A stretch of 64,000 nt of DNA, from the NCBI GenBank assembly GCA_965248835.1, contig CBDFLJ010000001.1:928001-992000 (forward strand), in the 5' to 3' direction. The DNA comes from Alphaproteobacteria bacterium (GTDB lineage: Bacteria; Pseudomonadota; Alphaproteobacteria; MPNO01). The stretch's first letter is position 1; each line of letters begins with the position of its first letter. Shown here in pieces: positions 41,501 to 51,389 of the stretch. A program made the position numbers and the translations under genes. Below the pieces are notes generated by a model. The model worked only from the letters and a program-made list of their open reading frames with translations, had not been told where the DNA came from and did not search any database.

Positions 41501-42508
41501 ATGACCGCATCGCGCATCCCGCTGATCGATATCGCGCCCTATTTCGAAGGCGATATCCGGACCCGGCGCCGCATCGCCAAGGCGATCGGCGCGGCATGCG
41601 CGGATATCGGGTTCTTCTCGATCGCGGGTCACGGGGTGGACCAGGCGGTGATCGAGGATTTGCGCCGGGTCTCGCACGAGTTTTTCGCGCTTTTCGAGGC
41701 TGAAAAGCGCAAATGCGTCCACCTTGTTCCCGGCACGCCGCGCGGCCTGCGGGTCCTGCAGGGCGAGGCGCTGGGCCGGGCTGCGGGGCGCGAGGCGCCG
41801 CCGGACCTGAAGGAGTTCTACCACTTCGGACGCGACGGCTGGCCGGACGAGTCCTACTTCAACGGCGAGGAGGGCCGGTCCTACTTCATCCCCAACATCT
41901 GGCCGGAGCGCCCGGCGGACTTCCGCACGGCCGCGATGGAATATTACGCCGCGATGGAGCGGCTCATCGGTGTCTTGATGTCGCTCGCAGCACTCGCCCT
42001 CGACCTGCCGGAGGACTATTTCGCCGACAAGATCGACCGCCACGTCACGGCGATGCGCATCAACCACTACCCGCCGCAGCGGACCGCCCCGCCGCCGGGA
42101 CAGATCCGCGCCGGCGCGCATACCGATTTCGGCACCTTCACCATCCTGATGGGCGAGAACGAGCCCGGCGGGCTCCAGATCCAGGACGCCGACGGAAGCT
42201 GGTACGACGTCGAGACCCGACCTGAGCTGTTCGTGGTCAATGTCGGCGACCTTCTGCGGCGCTGGACCAACGACGTCTGGACGTCGAACTTTCATCGCGT
42301 GGTCAACCCGCCGGCGGAGATCGGCGCCACGGCGCGGCGCATCTCGATCGGCTTCTTCCACCAGCCCAACTACGACGCGGTGGTCGAATGCCTGCCGACA
42401 TGCCGCGCCGCGGACCGGCCGGCGCTGTACCGGCCGGTCACCTCGGGCGCATTCCGCGACATCCGCTACGAGGAGACCGACATCCCGGCCGCCCGCAGCG
42501 CGGGCTGA
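41501..42508 (+). CDS. isopenicillin N synthase-like Fe(II)/2OG dioxygenase
   Basis: IPLIDI, GFF..GHGV, DLKE, HTDFG, HRVVNP and RISIGFF motifs. Confidence 0.92.
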   Translation: MTASRIPLIDIAPYFEGDIRTRRRIAKAIGAACADIGFFSIAGHGVDQAVIEDLRRVSHEFFALFEAEKRKCVHLVPGTPRGLRVLQGEALGRAAGREAPPDLKEFYHFGRDGWPDESYFNGEEGRSYFIPNIWPERPADFRTAAMEYYAAMERLIGVLMSLAALALDLPEDYFADKIDRHVTAMRINHYPPQRTAPPPGQIRAGAHTDFGTFTILMGENEPGGLQIQDADGSWYDVETRPELFVVNVGDLLRRWTNDVWTSNFHRVVNPPAEIGATARRISIGFFHQPNYDAVVECLPTCRAADRPALYRPVTSGAFRDIRYEETDIPAARSAG

Positions 42509-42535
42509 GCCGGTCCGGACGAAAGGAGGCCAGAG

Positions 42536-43246
42536 ATGGCGAGCATGGAGGCTCTGAGCGTCGGCGGCAGCACGATGGATGTTTATGTCGACGCGCCGGC
42601 CGGTGCCGGCCCGCACCCCGGCGTCGTGGTGACTCACCACCGCGGCGCGTTGGATGCCTTCACCCGGAAGTTTGTCGAAGACTTGGCCGCTGCCGGCTAC
42701 GTCGCCGCCGCGCCCGCTTTCTATCACCGCCGGCCCGACGGCGAGGACAGCGCGGAGTCGATGGCCGTGCTGGACGATGCGGAGATGATCGCCGACATGC
42801 GCGCGGTCGTCGATTACCTCAAGGGCCGCGCCGATGTGCGGGCCGATGCGCTGGCGATCGTCGGGCACTGCATGGGCGGGCGGGCCTCGTTCCTGGGCGC
42901 GTCCAGCATCGCCGATTTCCGCGCCTGCGCCATCTTCTACGGCGGCAACATCTTCAAGCCCTGGGGCCAGGGCAACCCGGTGCCGATTACCCGGGCGGCG
43001 AACATTCCCTGCCCGGTGATCGGCTTCTTCGGCAACGAGGACGAGAACCCCTCGCCCGAAGACGTCGCCAGGATCAGCGCCGAACTCGACCGCCACGGCA
43101 TCGTCCACACCTTCCACGACTATGACGGCGCGGGCCACGCATTCCAGAACTTCCTCGGCCAGGCCTATCGCGAGGCCCAGTGCGTGGACGCCCAAGCCAA
43201 GCTGCTCGACTTTTTCAGGGCCGAACTCCAGCCGGTGGCCGCCTGA
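42536..43246 (+). CDS. dienelactone hydrolase family protein
   Basis: GHCMGG nucleophile, GNED and AGHAF motifs; AGGAGG SD. Confidence 0.9.
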   Translation: MASMEALSVGGSTMDVYVDAPAGAGPHPGVVVTHHRGALDAFTRKFVEDLAAAGYVAAAPAFYHRRPDGEDSAESMAVLDDAEMIADMRAVVDYLKGRADVRADALAIVGHCMGGRASFLGASSIADFRACAIFYGGNIFKPWGQGNPVPITRAANIPCPVIGFFGNEDENPSPEDVARISAELDRHGIVHTFHDYDGAGHAFQNFLGQAYREAQCVDAQAKLLDFFRAELQPVAA

Positions 43247-43258
43247 GCGGATAAGGCG

Positions 43259-44890
43259 CTATGCGCCCGATTGCGCGTGGGCGCGGAGCTCCGAGCGCAG
43301 GACCTTGCCGTTCATGGTCTTGGGCAGCGCATCGAAAAAGGCGATCGCGCGCGGATACATGTAGGGCGGGGCAACCGCCTTGGCGTGGTCCTGCAGCATT
43401 CTGACCATCGCCGCGTCGCCGGCGTGGCCCGGGCGCAACACGACATAGGCCTTGACGATCGCGGTTCGCCGTCCGGTCGGATCGGGCGCGGCGACGGCGG
43501 CGCATTCGGCCACCGCCTCGTGGCGCAGCAGCGCCGTCTCGACGTCGATCGGCGAGATGTTGTAGCCCGAAGAGACGATCATCTCGTCGTGCCGGGCGAT
43601 GTAGTGGAAGAACCCGTCCGCATCGCGGCTCACCAGGTCGGGAAACACGTTCCAGCCGTCGCGCACCAGCTCGGCCTGCTTCTCCGGGTTCTGCCAATAG
43701 ACCGTCCCGGTCGGCCCGCGGGTCGCCAACAGCCCCTTCGTGCCGTCGGGCACCGGCTGGAGGGTGTCCGGATCGACCACCACCACCTCGTAGCCGGGCA
43801 CCGCGCGGCCCAGGGTCGCGGCCCTGGCAACCTCGCTTGCATGGCTGGAGGTGACGAAGACGTGGAACAGCTCGGACGTGCCGAGGAACTGTTCCAGGAC
43901 GTTGCCGCCGGTCGCCTCGAACCACGCGCGCTCGGTCTCCGGTGACAGCGGCTCGCCGCCTGTCAGCGCTCGGCGCAACGAGGAGATGTCCCGGCCCGAG
44001 CCCTCGATCGCTGCGGCCAGGATCACGAAATAGCTCGAGACGCCGGCGAAGATCGTGATGCCGTAGCGCTCGATCGCTTCCAGCGCGGTCTCGACCGACT
44101 TGTCGGGCTCCAGCACCGCGGCCGAGCCGAAACGCAGCGGAAAGATGATGAACATCCCGTAGCCCAGCGCGAACGCCGCCGCTGGCGGGCCGCCGATCAC
44201 GTCCTGCGGTGTGGGCGTGATGCAATGGCGCCAATAGCTGTCGGCGAGCGCGATCATGTCGCGGTGGCAATGACACGCCCCCTTCGGCCGCCCGGTGCTG
44301 CCCGAGGTATAGACGATCAAGGTCAGGTCCTCGGCATGGCTGTCGTGGTAGGCGGGCGCCACCGGGCCGTCGGGCAGCAGATCGGACAACGAGCGGAACC
44401 GGCCGGACGGGTCGGCGGGCAGCACCGCGACGACGAGGCCGGGACAGCGCGCAGCCGCGCCCTCCATCTCCGCCATCAGCGCCTCCTCGACGAAGGCGAA
44501 CCGGGCGCCGGAGTCCTGAAGCCGGTAGACCAGATCCTCGGCGCGGAGCTGGACATAGGTCGGGATCGCCACCGCGCCGATGGCGTGCGCAGCCAGCAGA
44601 GTGAAGACCAGCTCCGGCGTATCGGCGATCCTGACCAGCACGCGGTCGCCCGGCCTTATGCCCAGGCTTCGCATCGCCGCGGCATGGCGGTGGACGGTCG
44701 CGTGCAGGCCGGCATAGGTGATCGCCCGGTCGCGGTGATAATAGGCGATGCGCGCGCCCCAGCCGTTTTCCAGCGCGCCTTCGAGCAGGGTTTGCGCGGC
44801 GTTCATCCGCTCCGGGTAGTCGAGCCCAGGCAGGTCGAAGCGCAGCGCCGGACGCATCTCCGGCGCGCAGAGATCGTCGTATTTCCTCAT
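43259..44890 (-). CDS. aromatic acid-CoA ligase (2-aminobenzoate/benzoate-CoA ligase-like)
   Basis: YTSGSTGRPKG, SSGYNISP, APPYMYPRAI and LPKTMNGK motifs. Confidence 0.85.
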   Translation of the reverse strand: MRKYDDLCAPEMRPALRFDLPGLDYPERMNAAQTLLEGALENGWGARIAYYHRDRAITYAGLHATVHRHAAAMRSLGIRPGDRVLVRIADTPELVFTLLAAHAIGAVAIPTYVQLRAEDLVYRLQDSGARFAFVEEALMAEMEGAAARCPGLVVAVLPADPSGRFRSLSDLLPDGPVAPAYHDSHAEDLTLIVYTSGSTGRPKGACHCHRDMIALADSYWRHCITPTPQDVIGGPPAAAFALGYGMFIIFPLRFGSAAVLEPDKSVETALEAIERYGITIFAGVSSYFVILAAAIEGSGRDISSLRRALTGGEPLSPETERAWFEATGGNVLEQFLGTSELFHVFVTSSHASEVARAATLGRAVPGYEVVVVDPDTLQPVPDGTKGLLATRGPTGTVYWQNPEKQAELVRDGWNVFPDLVSRDADGFFHYIARHDEMIVSSGYNISPIDVETALLRHEAVAECAAVAAPDPTGRRTAIVKAYVVLRPGHAGDAAMVRMLQDHAKAVAPPYMYPRAIAFFDALPKTMNGKVLRSELRAHAQSGA

Positions 44891-45010
44891 CCGGCGGAGC
44901 CTATGGAGTCGCGGCCGGAGCCGTCAAGCCGGGCTTCCGCGGCAGCGTGCGGCCGCTGGTCAGGAGGTCGGAAAGGACATCAAAAACGACGCCTTCGTTC
45001 GAGGCCGGTG

Positions 45011-45382
45011 CTAAGCGCGGTTGAAGCCCGAGTTTATCTGGACCGCGCAGGAATCCGGCCCCTCGAGGAGGAACGAGTCGTGGCCCGGCCGGCGGCGGGT
45101 GATCTCGCCCGGGTTCAGCCCCTTCGCGTCGTAGTCCCGCCACGCCGCGTCGATATCCTCGACCTTGAAATCGAACTGGAGCGTGCCGCCGGCTGCGGCG
45201 CCGTCCGCCGACTGCCGCAGTTGCAGGCGCGTGCGGTCGCGCAGCTCGACGACCGCGAACCCGTCGCGCCTGGTATCAGGGCGCGCGCCGATGGCCTCGA
45301 AGAACGAGACCGCTTGGGAAAGATCGCTGACGGACAGCCGCAAATGCGCCAGCGCAATGGCGGACTCCGGTTGGATGGTCAT
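45011..45382 (-). CDS. VOC/glyoxalase family protein
   Basis: HLRLSVSD...FDFKVEDID...HDSFLLEGPD; AAGGAG SD. Confidence 0.8.
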   Translation of the reverse strand: MTIQPESAIALAHLRLSVSDLSQAVSFFEAIGARPDTRRDGFAVVELRDRTRLQLRQSADGAAAGGTLQFDFKVEDIDAAWRDYDAKGLNPGEITRRRPGHDSFLLEGPDSCAVQINSGFNRA

Positions 45383-45408
45383 GGGATCGCTCCTTGTCAG
45401 GTGCCGCG

Positions 45409-46131
45409 TCAGGTGCCGCCGTTGGTCGCCATCAGCCGGCCGTAACCCGGCACGCGGTCGTTGATGCCGAGCTTCTGCAGGCTGTGCCAGACCATCGCCT
45501 GATTGGACGTCACCACCGGGCGGTCGAGATCGTGCTCCAGCGGCTCGATCACCTCGGCGGCGCGAATGGCGGTGCAGCTTATGAAATAGGCGTCGACCGC
45601 CGCGTCCTGCTGGGCCTTGACCCGGCGGTACCATTCGCCGGGCTGGACGCCGATCATCTTGAGTCCGTCGCCGCGGATCCCCATGCCGGTCTCGCTCAAG
45701 ACCGAGACCTGGTGGCTTTCCAGGAACGCGACCTCGCGGTCGTTGGTCTCCTGGACATAGGGCGTGGTCAGCGCGATCCGGCGCGCGTCCAGCGTCTGCA
45801 AGGCATTGAGTACGGCCTTCGATGTCGAGGTCGCCGGGATGTCGGTCGCCGTCTCGATCCGCTCGATGATCTCGTCATCGAAGCCCGGGCGGTGCATCGA
45901 GGCCGCGGTGCAGTGGAAGACGATCAGGTCGACCTTGGCATCGGCGACGAGCGAGGCCGCTTCCTCAAGGTTCTCGACCATGCCCATGATGTCAGCTTCG
46001 CTCGAGCCCTTGAGCCGCAGCCGCGTGGTGTGGAACGACACACCGTCGGGCGACATCGCCTGGACCTGCGGCTCGGCCGCAGCGTTGACCGACGGCAGCA
46101 GCATGCCGATCCGTGCTCTCCATCCGTGCAT
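45409..46131 (-). CDS. maleate cis-trans isomerase / Asp-Glu racemase family protein
   Basis: RIGMLLPSVN, FHCTAAS, TPY, ISCTA and PVVTSNQA (two catalytic Cys). Confidence 0.88.
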   Translation of the reverse strand: MHGWRARIGMLLPSVNAAAEPQVQAMSPDGVSFHTTRLRLKGSSEADIMGMVENLEEAASLVADAKVDLIVFHCTAASMHRPGFDDEIIERIETATDIPATSTSKAVLNALQTLDARRIALTTPYVQETNDREVAFLESHQVSVLSETGMGIRGDGLKMIGVQPGEWYRRVKAQQDAAVDAYFISCTAIRAAEVIEPLEHDLDRPVVTSNQAMVWHSLQKLGINDRVPGYGRLMATNGGT

Positions 46132-47057
46132 TACCCGCTCTTTCCCTGTCTGGCCTCGCCCAGCGCGACGAACGCGAGGCCGGTGACGATCAGCACCAGC
46201 CCGGCGATGTTGGTCAGCGTCAAGGGCTCGCCCAGGACCGCCGCCGAGCACAGCATACCCGCGACCGGCGTCGCGAGAAACAGCAGGGATGCGGTGATCG
46301 CCGGCAACGAGCGGGCGATGGCGATCACGCCGATGATCGTCAGCGAGGTCGCCACCGGCCCGGCGAACGCGAGCAGCCCGGCCAGCTCCAGCGACCAGAT
46401 CACCGGCTCGCCGGCATCGAACCACAGCGCCAGAGAGGCCGCGACCAGCGAGGCCGCCAGCAACTGCCACGGCGCCAGCTCGACCGGGCTCAGCCGCCAG
46501 ACATGGCGGCGCATGTGAAGGATCGTGATCGACCAGACCATCGAGGCGAGCACCAGGATGAGGTTGCCGCGGACCACCGCTTGGTCGGACCAGTCGAAGC
46601 CGAGGGGGTTGAACAGGACGCCGAGGCCGACGAGCCCGACGGCGAGCCCGGCGGCCTTGAGCGCGCCCAGCCGCTCGCCGAACAGGATGATGGCGGCGGG
46701 CGCGACCCACAGCGGGGTGATGAACGACAGCAGCGATGCGCGCCCGGCGCCGGCATGGACCAGCCCGGTCATGGTCATCGCCGGATAGATCCCCATCATG
46801 ATCACGCCCACGCTGAGGACCGCCGGCAGGTCCCGGCGGTTCGGCAGCCGCAGCCTGCTCAGCGCGGCAAGGGCGATAAACAGGCACACGCACGTCGTGG
46901 CCATGCGCACGCAGGCAAGCCACACCGGCGGGATCGACAGGACGGCGATCTTCAGGACCGGCCAGTTGATCCCCCAGACCGGCAGACAGACGCCCAGCAT
47001 CATGTACGCGCTGCCGCGCGACAGCGGAGCGGTCCGGCTCAGGCCGGTCGCGGACAT
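46131..47057 (-). CDS. DMT/EamA family transporter
   Basis: WGINWP, about 10 TM segments, GER/GEP repeat halves. Confidence 0.88.
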   Translation of the reverse strand: MSATGLSRTAPLSRGSAYMMLGVCLPVWGINWPVLKIAVLSIPPVWLACVRMATTCVCLFIALAALSRLRLPNRRDLPAVLSVGVIMMGIYPAMTMTGLVHAGAGRASLLSFITPLWVAPAAIILFGERLGALKAAGLAVGLVGLGVLFNPLGFDWSDQAVVRGNLILVLASMVWSITILHMRRHVWRLSPVELAPWQLLAASLVAASLALWFDAGEPVIWSLELAGLLAFAGPVATSLTIIGVIAIARSLPAITASLLFLATPVAGMLCSAAVLGEPLTLTNIAGLVLIVTGLAFVALGEARQGKSG

Positions 47058-47075
47058 CAACGCCGTCCGAACGAT

Positions 47076-47558
47076 TCAGACCGGCGTGCCGTCGTGGCGG
47101 GTGAACCGCCGGTCGGGGGCGCGGTACGTCTTGACCAACACCAGGTCGGAATCGGGGTAGTGGACCGTCTCGGCCGCCGCGCGGGTGCCGACCTCGAGGA
47201 AGGCGACCTCTTCATCGGTGTGGTTCTCGAGCCGGTGGCCGTCGGGCTTGCCGGCTGGAAACCCCGCCACGTCGCCCGGCGCAAGCCGCTGCGCACCGTC
47301 ATCGGTGACCAGAATCGGATGGCCGGAGAGGATGTAGACGAACTCGTCCTCGCCCGAATGCCAGTGGCGCAGCGCCGAGACGGCGCCGGGCGCGAGCCGG
47401 GTCAGGTTGACGCCGAACTGGGTCAGCCCCAGAGGGTCGCCCAGCACTTGGCGCGTCTTGCCCGCAAGCGCCCTGTCGTTGGGCGGTGGGTAGGGCTGGC
47501 GCTCCTCGCGGGCGGCGGTCTCGGGATCGAGCGCGGGCGGGTTCAGCCGGTCTGCCAT
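47076..47558 (-). CDS. cupin domain protein
   Basis: GLTQFGVN, SALRHWHSGEDEFVY and GHRLEN motifs. Confidence 0.88.
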   Translation of the reverse strand: MADRLNPPALDPETAAREERQPYPPPNDRALAGKTRQVLGDPLGLTQFGVNLTRLAPGAVSALRHWHSGEDEFVYILSGHPILVTDDGAQRLAPGDVAGFPAGKPDGHRLENHTDEEVAFLEVGTRAAAETVHYPDSDLVLVKTYRAPDRRFTRHDGTPV

Positions 47559-47574
47559 CCTCAAGGTCTCCTCA

Positions 47575-49641
47575 TCAATGCGCGGCGCGCACGATCACGT
47601 TGCCGAAAGGATCGATTTCGGCCTCCAGCCCCGGATCGATGAAGGTCGTCGCATCGGTCTGCTCCAGGATCGCGGGGCCGGCGATCCGGGCGTCGACCGG
47701 CAGCGCGAGCCGGTCATAGACCGCCGTGTCGTGCCAGCCGCCTTCCCACCACACCGGTCGGGTATGGGTTTTGGCGCCTTCCAGTGTCGTTCCCGGCTCG
47801 GGGCCGAGCGAGCGGAGGTCGAACTTGGGCCGGATGCCGACAACGGCGGTCCTGAGCGACAGCAACCGGACGCCGATCCCCTCCAGCAGGCGGCCGTAGG
47901 TCCGCCGGTAGGCCGCATCGAAGGCGGCCTCGATCATCGCCAGGCTCACGTCGGTCCCGTCTGCGGCGAGCAGCGCCGGCAGCGGCACCGGCAAGGTGTG
48001 GGTCTGGCCGACATAGGACATGTCGAGCTCGAACAGCACCTCGGTCCTGTCCAGCGCGACGCCGGAGCGCTGCAGGAGCGCCAGCCCCTGGCCGGCAGTC
48101 GCCGCCATCTCGCGGTCGAGCGCGGCGACATCGAGCTCCGGGAGCGGGCGGTTGATCGTATGGACGAAGTCGTGGCGCATGTCGGCGATCACGCAGCCCA
48201 GCGCGCTGGTCACGCCGGGAAAGCGTGGCACCAGCGCCGAGGCGAGCCCGACATCGCGGATCAGCGCCCCGACATGCAGCGCCCCGCCGCCGCCGAACGG
48301 CATGGCGGCGAAATTCTTGGGATCGTAGCCGCGCTCGATCGAGACCAGCCGGATGGCGCCGGCCATGTTGGAGATCGCGACCTTGACGATCGCTTCCGCG
48401 GCCGCGGTGACATCGAGCCCCAGGGGCTCAGCGACATGGCCGGCGATTGCCGCGCGGGCGGCTTCGACATCAAGCGCGCCCAGCCCGCTGCCGATCGGGC
48501 GCGCGGCGTTGATTCGCCCGAGCACGAGGTTGGCATCGGTCACCGTCGGCCGGTCGTTCCCCTTGCCGTAGCACGCCGGACCGGGCTCGGAGCCCGCCGA
48601 TTCCGGTCCGACCCGGAGGAAACCGCCCTGGTCGAGCCCGGCGATGGAGCCGCCGCCGGCGCCGATGGTGGTGATCTCGATCATCGGAGTGCGCACGACC
48701 AGGCCGAAATCGATCGCGGTCTGCAGGCTGAAGGCGCTCCGGCCGCCCTCGACCAGGGCGACGTCGAAGCTGGTCCCGCCCATGTCGCAGGTGATCACGT
48801 TGGCGAAGCCGGCGGCTTCGGCGATCCGCGCGCCGGCGATCACGCCCGCGGCCGGGCCGGACAGCGTGGTGCGGATCGGCAGGCTGCGGGCGGTCTCGGC
48901 CGACATCACCCCGCCGTTGGACTGGACGATCAGGAGCTCCGTGCCGTTGGCGCCGACGCCGAGGCCTGCTTCGACGCCTTCCAGATAGGCGCCGATGATC
49001 GGCTGCAGGCAGGCATTGAGCGCGGTCGTGGAGGCCCGCTCGAACTCGCGAATCTCCGGCAGGATCAGCGAGGATGCGTTGACGTAGTCGTTGGGCCAGA
49101 CCGCACGCACCGCCTCCAGCGCCTTGTGCTCGTTTTCGGGATTGGCGTAGGCGTTGATGAACACGATGCCGACCGCTTCGCAGCCGCGCGCCAGCAGCGC
49201 CAGCGCGGCGCGGGTGACCTCCTCAACATCGACTTGCGTGCGCACCGTGCCGTCGGCCAGCATCCGCTCGTCGACCTCGATCGACAGATCGCGGGTCACC
49301 ACCGGGCGGTAGCTGCCCCACAACCCCCAGGTGTTGGGCCGGTCGCGCCGGCGCATCTCGAGCACGTCGCGGAAGCCCTTGGTGGTGATCAAGCCGGTGC
49401 GCGCCGCCTTGCGCTCGATCAGCGCGTTGGTGCCGACCGTGGTGCCGTGGACCACCGAGCCGATGGCCGCGCGTTCGGGCACCGCTTCATCGATGCCGGC
49501 GAGAAAGCCCTTGGCGATCTCGTTCTTGATCGAGGGGACCTTGCCGATCCCGAAACGGCCGGTCCGCTCATCGACGTAAAAGACATCGGTGAAGGTCCCG
49601 CCGACATCGACGCCGACCGTGATGCCGGGACGGCTGCTCAC
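47575..49641 (-). CDS. hydantoinase/oxoprolinase subunit A
   Basis: VDVGGTFTD, HGTTVGTNA, SGPAAG, DMGGTS and GPESAG..PGPACY motifs; GTGA overlap. Confidence 0.93.
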   Translation of the reverse strand: MSSRPGITVGVDVGGTFTDVFYVDERTGRFGIGKVPSIKNEIAKGFLAGIDEAVPERAAIGSVVHGTTVGTNALIERKAARTGLITTKGFRDVLEMRRRDRPNTWGLWGSYRPVVTRDLSIEVDERMLADGTVRTQVDVEEVTRAALALLARGCEAVGIVFINAYANPENEHKALEAVRAVWPNDYVNASSLILPEIREFERASTTALNACLQPIIGAYLEGVEAGLGVGANGTELLIVQSNGGVMSAETARSLPIRTTLSGPAAGVIAGARIAEAAGFANVITCDMGGTSFDVALVEGGRSAFSLQTAIDFGLVVRTPMIEITTIGAGGGSIAGLDQGGFLRVGPESAGSEPGPACYGKGNDRPTVTDANLVLGRINAARPIGSGLGALDVEAARAAIAGHVAEPLGLDVTAAAEAIVKVAISNMAGAIRLVSIERGYDPKNFAAMPFGGGGALHVGALIRDVGLASALVPRFPGVTSALGCVIADMRHDFVHTINRPLPELDVAALDREMAATAGQGLALLQRSGVALDRTEVLFELDMSYVGQTHTLPVPLPALLAADGTDVSLAMIEAAFDAAYRRTYGRLLEGIGVRLLSLRTAVVGIRPKFDLRSLGPEPGTTLEGAKTHTRPVWWEGGWHDTAVYDRLALPVDARIAGPAILEQTDATTFIDPGLEAEIDPFGNVIVRAAH

Positions 49642-51353
49642 GCGCGGTTCCGCCGCACCGCGCCGTCGGTTGTGATCTCGACCCGGTAATCGCGCCGCGC
49701 CCGCTCGGCGCTGACCAGCCCCAGCGCCAGGTCGCGGCCGACCGCCTCGACCGGCCGCTCCTCGGGCGAGCCATAGCCGCCTCCGCCGGGGCTTTCGATC
49801 CGCACGCGCTGGCCGCGGCGAACGGTGACGCCGGAGATTTTCGCCGTCTCGCCCGCCGACAGCTCGCCCTGGTCCTGATCGTAGAAGATGCGGTTCGGCG
49901 CCCCGGACTCGCCGCCCAGGATGCCGAAGGCCGGGAAGCGTGCGCGCTCGCCGAAGACCACCAGATCGGCCTGCTCGGCCAGCAGCTCGAACTCGTAGAC
50001 CGCGCCCAGCCCGCCGCGGTGCCGACCCGGCCCGCCGCTGTCGGGGCGCAGGCCCCACTTGGTCACGCAGGTCGGGTAGGCGGCCTCCAGGATCTCGGCC
50101 GGCGGGATGTTGGCCATGCCGATCGGCGCGTTGCCGTGGCTCAGCCCGTCGCCCTCGGGGTTGCCGCCGAGCCCGCCGCCGAAGAAGGTGAAGAAGATGA
50201 ACTTCGAGCCGTCTTCGCGGGCGCCCGAAAGCAGCAGCGCGTTGACGGTCGCGAAACAGGCCGCGTTGGCGCGGTCCGGCGCGGCCTGGGCGAAGGCGCC
50301 GAAGATCACGTCGATGGTGCGCATGATGTTCTCTGTGTAGCCCGACACCGGGGCGGGCGGCTCGGCGGCCAGGATCGAGCCCTCCGGGATGATGAACGTA
50401 ACCGGCTCCAGGCAACCGCCGCTGGTCGGCACCTCGTTGAAGATGTGTTTCAGCGCGACGAACGCCGCCGCCACAGTGGTCGCGCGAGAGACGTTGAGCG
50501 GCCCCTCGCAGGCCGGCGCGGAGCGCGAGAAGTCGAGCGTCATCCGCTCGCCCTCGATGCTCAGATCGAGCGCGACCTTCAGCGGGTCCGCGCTGCGCCC
50601 GTCATCGTCGATATGGTCCTCGAACGAATAGGTGCCGTCGGGCAGGCCGGCGATGAGCGCACGCATCTGCCGGCTGGCGCGGGCGCGGATCTCGTCCATC
50701 GCAACGGAAACGACATCGGCGCCGAACCCATCCAGCAAATCGTGCATCCGGCGCGTGCCGAGCTCCAGCGCGCCGAGCTGCGCGTTGAGGTCGCCGTAGT
50801 TGCTGCGCGGCAGCCGGGCGTTGGCGAGCAGGATGTCGATGATGTCCTGGCGCATCACGCCCCGGTCGCACAGCTTGACCGCCGGGATGCGCACGCCTTC
50901 CTGCATGATGTCGCTCGCGCGCGGGTTGTAGTTGCCGGGCACGTTGCCGCCGACATCGAGCCAGTGCCCGACCGAGGCGAGGTAGCAGAACAGCGCGCCG
51001 TCGCGGAAGAACGGCTTGATCAGCTTGATGTCGTTCAGGTGGGTGGCGCCGTCATAGGGATCGTTCAGCAGATAGATGTCGCCGTCGGCCGGGCCGCCGT
51101 CGGCCCGGGCGCGCGCGATCGCGGCCTTGGTGGCGTATGACATCGCACCGATGAAGACCGGCAGGCCCTGCTTTCCCATCGCCACCGTGTCGCCGGTCGC
51201 GGCGTCGTAGATGCCGTGGCTGCCGTCGCGCGCCTCGGCGATGACCGGGCTGAACGCCGCGCGGAACAGGCTGGCGTCCATCTCGTCGACGATCTGCTCG
51301 AGACGGCCGCGGATGACCGCCAGCGTGACGGGATCGATGACTGCATTCGACAT
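49638..51353 (-). CDS. hydantoinase B/oxoprolinase subunit, copy 2
   Basis: DPVTL, AFSPVI, NDPY..ATHLND, GHWLD and PGGGGYG motifs. Confidence 0.93.
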   Translation of the reverse strand: MSNAVIDPVTLAVIRGRLEQIVDEMDASLFRAAFSPVIAEARDGSHGIYDAATGDTVAMGKQGLPVFIGAMSYATKAAIARARADGGPADGDIYLLNDPYDGATHLNDIKLIKPFFRDGALFCYLASVGHWLDVGGNVPGNYNPRASDIMQEGVRIPAVKLCDRGVMRQDIIDILLANARLPRSNYGDLNAQLGALELGTRRMHDLLDGFGADVVSVAMDEIRARASRQMRALIAGLPDGTYSFEDHIDDDGRSADPLKVALDLSIEGERMTLDFSRSAPACEGPLNVSRATTVAAAFVALKHIFNEVPTSGGCLEPVTFIIPEGSILAAEPPAPVSGYTENIMRTIDVIFGAFAQAAPDRANAACFATVNALLLSGAREDGSKFIFFTFFGGGLGGNPEGDGLSHGNAPIGMANIPPAEILEAAYPTCVTKWGLRPDSGGPGRHRGGLGAVYEFELLAEQADLVVFGERARFPAFGILGGESGAPNRIFYDQDQGELSAGETAKISGVTVRRGQRVRIESPGGGGYGSPEERPVEAVGRDLALGLVSAERARRDYRVEITTDGAVRRNRA

Positions 51354-51389
51354 TGCCGGCCCGATTTTCGCACACCGGCCCGGCGGGCG

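Noticed and set aside
41501-44890. Beta-lactam or other secondary metabolite biosynthetic cluster around the IPNS-like enzyme and CoA ligases
   Set aside because: No NRPS/PKS, carrier protein or resistance genes; the neighbours look catabolic.
45396-45419. 12-bp tandem duplication GTCAGGTGCCGC spanning a stop codon
   Set aside because: Small slippage duplication with no evident effect on either gene.
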